Shown here piece by piece: positions 60,629 through 64,000 of a stretch of 64,000 bases of DNA; position 1 is the stretch's first letter, and every line of letters starts with the position of its first letter. The notes beneath the pieces were generated by a model that was given only the letters and a program-made list of their open reading frames with translations, did not search any database and had not been told where the DNA came from. The stretch spans positions 4,271 to 68,270 of the forward strand of contig JBEPVA010000002.1 in assembly GCA_041691295.1 (NCBI GenBank), given 5' to 3'. The stretch is from Gemmatimonadota bacterium (GTDB lineage Bacteria > Gemmatimonadota > Gemmatimonadetes > Gemmatimonadales > GWC2-71-9). The position numbers were made by a program, and so were the translations under genes.

Positions 60629-61705
60629 TTTCTCGAATTCCCGGATGAAACCCACCAACGCCTCCACCCCCGCACTCGGCATCGCGTTGTAGAGACTCGC
60701 CCGCATCCCGCCAGCATTGCGATGACCCTTGAGGCCGTCCAGCCCGCGCTTGGTGGCTTCGGCGATGAACCGGTTCTCGGTCGCTTCGTCCGGGCCCCGG
60801 AAGCAGACATTCATCAGCGACCGGCTGCCCGCATCGGCCGGCGCGCTGAACATCCTGCTTTCATCCAGCGCGTCATACAGCAGCTTGGCCTTGGCCTCAT
60901 TCCGGTCGGCCATAGCGGCCAGTCCACCAGTTTCCTTGATCCACGTGAGCACCAGTCCGATGACATAGATCGCGAAGGTCGGCGGGGTGTTGTACATCGA
61001 GCGGTCGGCCGCAAAGGTCCGGTACTGCAGCATCGTCGGCAACGTCTTGGGTGCCCGCTCGACCAGGTCCTTCCGGATAATGACCAGCACCACTCCCGCG
61101 GGCCCGAGATTCTTCTGGGAGCCGGCGTAGATCAGGCCGTACTTCCGGATAGCCAGGGGGCGGCTGTAGATGTCGCTCGAGGCGTCGCAGATCAGCGGCA
61201 CGCCCGACGGCGGGGCCGGTTCATTCCGCCACTGGGTGCCGTAGATCGTGTTGTTGCTGGTGTAATGGACATAGGCCGGATCGGCCGAGTAGCGAATCTC
61301 CGAGGCGGCCGGAATCCGGGTGAACTTGGAGCCCTTGCCGGTGGCCGCCTCGTGGGTGGCGCCGAGCAGCTGGGCTTCCTTGATCGCCTTTTCGGACCAG
61401 ACGCCAGTGTTGATGTAGTCGGCGGTCCGGCCGGCCGGCAGGATATTCATCGGCACCATCGAGAACTGCAGCGAGGCGCCTCCCTGCACGAACAGCACCT
61501 CGTAGTTATCGGGAATGCCGGACAATTCTCGGCAGCTGGCGATGGTCTCGTCCAGGATCCGGTCGAACACCTTGCCGCGATGGCTGTGCTCGAGGATGCC
61601 AATGCCGCTGCCGGCGATGTTCCAGATATCCTGCCGGGCCTGCGTGAGCACCGGCTCCGGAAGGACGGCGGGGCCGGCGCAGAAATTGAAAATGCGATCT
61701 GCCAT
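60617..61705 (-). CDS. serC: phosphoserine aminotransferase
   Basis: MADRIFNFCAGPAVLPEPVL.., ..FVQGGASLQF.., ..YAGSQKNLGPAG.. (PLP Lys context). Confidence 0.9.
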   Translation of the reverse strand: MADRIFNFCAGPAVLPEPVLTQARQDIWNIAGSGIGILEHSHRGKVFDRILDETIASCRELSGIPDNYEVLFVQGGASLQFSMVPMNILPAGRTADYINTGVWSEKAIKEAQLLGATHEAATGKGSKFTRIPAASEIRYSADPAYVHYTSNNTIYGTQWRNEPAPPSGVPLICDASSDIYSRPLAIRKYGLIYAGSQKNLGPAGVVLVIIRKDLVERAPKTLPTMLQYRTFAADRSMYNTPPTFAIYVIGLVLTWIKETGGLAAMADRNEAKAKLLYDALDESRMFSAPADAGSRSLMNVCFRGPDEATENRFIAEATKRGLDGLKGHRNAGGMRASLYNAMPSAGVEALVGFIREFEKGSR

Positions 61706-61741
61706 GGATGGTTCGCTGGTTAGGGTAGTAACGCGACCGAG

Positions 61742-62953
61742 CTACGTCTGGATGGCGGTCAACTCGACCGAGATGACGTTGGGATTGCCGTTGCGGATGG
61801 CGGCCATCGCGGCCTCGGTGGGCGCGCCGTCGAGGTGGACCCGCACGATGGTGGCCTGGGCACCGTGATACAGGATGCTCTCGACTTCCTCGACGTTGAT
61901 GCTCGAATCGGCCAGCACCCGGAACACGTCGGCCAGCACGCCCGGCTTGTTCTGGTGCCGGATCGAGAGGATGTGACTGGCGGCGCTCCGGGCCAGGCGG
62001 TTGACGCAGTTGGGGACCTCGCCGCGCTCGCGGTACGCCTGCACGATCCGGAGGACTTCGTGCGCGATGGCCACCTGTGCCTGCTCGGTGCTGGCCCCGA
62101 CATGGTGCGACCCGTACACCCCTGGCGCCCTGGCAACGGCACTGTCGAAGTCGGCCTTGCTGCCGGCCGGCTCATTCTGGAAGACGTCGAGCCCGGCCCT
62201 GATGCCCCTCGATTGAAGGGCCGCCAGCAGCGCAGCCTCATCGACCACCGAGCCGCGGCTGGTGTTGATCAGGTAGGCCCCCGGCTTGAGGGCCGCCAGG
62301 AATTCGGCGTTGACCATGTTCCTGGTCTCGGCCGTCGAGGCCACGTGAATCGAGACCGCATCGCTGACCCGGGCGACATCGATCGGGGTTTGGGCATAGC
62401 TGATGCCCAGCCGTTCCGCTTCCGCCACCGTCAGATTCCGCGACCAGGCCACCACGCGCATCCCGAATGACCTGGCCCGCACGGCCACTTCCCGCCCGAT
62501 CTGCCCCAGCCCGACGATGCCGAGGGTCCGGCCGGCCAGGCCGCGAGCCTTGGAGTACTCGCCCTTGTTCCACTTTCCGGCCCGCAGCTCGATCGTCTGA
62601 TCGGCCACCCGGCGGTCACATTCCAGCAGCAGCGCCATCACCAGCTCCGCCACCGCAATCGAATTCTTGCCGGGGCAGTTGGTCACGAAGATCCCGCGGG
62701 CCGAGGCCGCAGCCACATCGATCGTGTCGATCCCGGCGCCTGCCCGGATGACCATGGCCAGCCCCATTCCTGCCGCCAGCGCATCGGCCGTGACTTTCTT
62801 GCCCCGCACGATCAGGATCGCGGGATCGACCTCCCGGATAAGGGCCGGCAGGTCCTCCGCCTTCACGTCGGGATTGAGGGTGACGGTGCAGCCCAGTTCC
62901 TTGAGCCCGTCGAGGCCGACCTTCTCGAATTTGTCAGCGATGAGAACGTTCAT
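61742..62953 (-). CDS. serA: D-3-phosphoglycerate dehydrogenase with C-terminal ACT domain
   Basis: ..LGIVGLGQIGREVA.. (NAD GxGxxG), ..NTSRGSVVDEAAL.., ..HVGASTEQAQ.., ACT-like ..HILSIRHQNKPGVLADVFRVLADSSINVEEV.. Confidence 0.9.
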   Translation of the reverse strand: MNVLIADKFEKVGLDGLKELGCTVTLNPDVKAEDLPALIREVDPAILIVRGKKVTADALAAGMGLAMVIRAGAGIDTIDVAAASARGIFVTNCPGKNSIAVAELVMALLLECDRRVADQTIELRAGKWNKGEYSKARGLAGRTLGIVGLGQIGREVAVRARSFGMRVVAWSRNLTVAEAERLGISYAQTPIDVARVSDAVSIHVASTAETRNMVNAEFLAALKPGAYLINTSRGSVVDEAALLAALQSRGIRAGLDVFQNEPAGSKADFDSAVARAPGVYGSHHVGASTEQAQVAIAHEVLRIVQAYRERGEVPNCVNRLARSAASHILSIRHQNKPGVLADVFRVLADSSINVEEVESILYHGAQATIVRVHLDGAPTEAAMAAIRNGNPNVISVELTAIQT

Positions 62954-62989
62954 TGGAGATTCATTGGGAGTTCGTGGCTATGGGGCCAA

Positions 62990-63053
62990 AGGTCGAGGGT
63001 CGAAGGTCGAGAACAGCTCGGAGTGTGTGCGGAGGCCACTCGACCCTCGACCT
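62990..63053. repeat. (GGTCGAR)x3 ... (TCGACCY)x2 heptamer element with a 14-bp perfect inverted repeat
   Basis: AGGTCGAGGGTCGA (62990-63003) is the exact reverse complement of TCGACCCTCGACCT (63040-63053). Both arms are in one 7-nt register (offset 49 nt). The right arm overlaps the DUF1015 stop. Confidence 0.9.
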
Positions 63054-64000
63054 ACATCGTATGTACAAACAGTCCACTCTTCAGCTTCGGCTCGAACCAG
63101 GTGCTCTTGGGCGGCATGATCGCGCCCGCATCAGAGACCGCCATCAACTGCTCCAGCGAGGTCGGGTAGAGCGAGATCCCGACCGCCATCTCACCCGAGT
63201 CAACCCGCCGCTCCAGCTCGGCGGTGCCCCGGATTCCACCCACGAAATCGAGCCGGGCATCGGTCCGAGGATCGCCGACGCCGAGAATCGGGGTCAGCAC
63301 CAGATTCTGCAGCAGCGACACGTCAAGCGACCCGATCGGGTCGGTCGGTTCGACCCTGGCCGGATCAATGGTCAACCGGTGCCAACAGCGGGCAAGATAA
63401 AAGGCCATCGAGCCGGATGTCGGGGGAACTGGTTGGCGGGTCTCGGTCAACTGGCCCAGGCTGGACAGCCGCGCCAGAAACGCCTCCGGCGTCTGGCCGT
63501 TCAGGTCCTTGACTACCCGGTTGTAGGCCAGGATCCTGAGTTCCGACGCGGGAAAGAGCACCGCCAGGAACCAGTTGTATTCCTCGTTTCCGGTGTGGTG
63601 AGGATTGCTGGCCCGACGCTCCTGCCCGGTTCGCCATGCGCTGGCCGAACGGTGATGCCCGTCAGCCACGTAGGCCAGCGGAATGGCGCTGAACGCCGAG
63701 ACCCAGGCGGCCGGATCCGGCACCCGCCAAACGGTGTGGGTCACCCCGTCATCCGAAGTGAAATCAACCAGCGGTTCCGAACTCATTCCGACGCTGGTTA
63801 GTCGCGCCACCGCCGCCTGATCGCGGTAGGTGAGAAAGACCGGCTCCGCATGCGCGTTCAGGGTAAGGACGTGGCGGGTACGGTCGTCTTCCTTGTCCTG
63901 CCTGGTCTTTTCATGTTTCCGAATGATGTCATGCTCATAGTCGTCGATGTGGACGCACCCGACGACCCCCGTCTGGGCCCGTCCCCGCCACACCTGGCGG
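63052..64000 (-). CDS. DUF1015 family protein, C-terminal part (gene runs off window end)
   Basis: ..HEKTRQDKEDDRTRHV.., ..VADGHHRSASAW.. are typical of DUF1015. The frame remains open to position 64000, so the listed Met is not the real start. Confidence 0.75.
   Translation of the reverse strand, partial: RQVWRGRAQTGVVGCVHIDDYEHDIIRKHEKTRQDKEDDRTRHVLTLNAHAEPVFLTYRDQAAVARLTSVGMSSEPLVDFTSDDGVTHTVWRVPDPAAWVSAFSAIPLAYVADGHHRSASAWRTGQERRASNPHHTGNEEYNWFLAVLFPASELRILAYNRVVKDLNGQTPEAFLARLSSLGQLTETRQPVPPTSGSMAFYLARCWHRLTIDPARVEPTDPIGSLDVSLLQNLVLTPILGVGDPRTDARLDFVGGIRGTAELERRVDSGEMAVGISLYPTSLEQLMAVSDAGAIMPPKSTWFEPKLKSGLFVHTM

Noticed and set aside
1-64000. Mobile elements, prophage, integrons, genomic-island boundaries, and tRNA, rRNA or tmRNA genes.
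   Set aside because: - No transposase, integrase, recombinase or phage-like translations appear in any frame.
- I found no tRNA-like T-arm sequence (GGTTCGAATCC-type) in the spacers I read.
- Apart from the 26385-26611 promoter island, there is no obvious compositional break by eye.

Overview
High-GC bacterial chromosomal window that is densely coding. I call about 54 protein genes, many joined by 1-11 nt start/stop overlaps. I found no rRNA, tRNA, CRISPR array, transposase, integrase or phage genes. All identifications come from reading the translations and recalling family motifs; no searches were run.

Taxonomy is inference only. The short Bacteroidota-like primary-type sigma factor, the PadR plus duplicated-FtsX orphan permease pair and the GC level suggest Gemmatimonadota or Acidobacteriota.

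Gene content, left to right:
- A minus-strand cell-envelope operon: small 4xCxxC zinc-ribbon protein, NlpC/P60, HAD, hypothetical, AcpS, GH18-like.
- A translationally coupled minus-strand operon: Omp85 (BamA/TamA-like), TamB, DAGK-family lipid kinase, PAS/GAF histidine kinase, sigma54 response regulator.
- An incomplete peptide ABC transporter.
- PBP4, a tandem-VanZ protein and SixA.
- Nitrilase, FprA, a GNAT::PduO fusion and AroB.
- A plus-strand block: sigma factor, LON-N domain protein, GlcDEF, HAD, YgfZ, SDR.
- A ChlI-like AAA ATPase and its likely vWA partner, separated by a 5.5 kb block (PadR, ADOP permease, cytidylate-kinase-like, MFS).
- An envelope protease cluster (M48, S41, HExxH membrane protein).
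- LytS/LytTR and NarL-type two-component systems.
- Rhodanese, an O-antigen-ligase-like protein, YceI, and SerC-SerA-DUF1015.

The most unusual signal is non-genic. At least 14 loci carry short-period (7, 8 or 9 nt) phased simple-repeat elements, each with a purine-rich arm followed by a pyrimidine-rich arm.
- They fill intergenic spacers and usually start or end on a stop codon.
- The repeat unit differs from locus to locus.
- In two cases they are embedded in frame in coding sequence, as a GlcF linker insertion and as the PBP4 signal-peptide region. There the pyrimidine arm has period 9 rather than 7.

Other leads are AlgR-like CCGTTC boxes around the LytS/LytTR locus, a candidate structured RNA with a strong terminator, and several unusual gene fusions and linkages.
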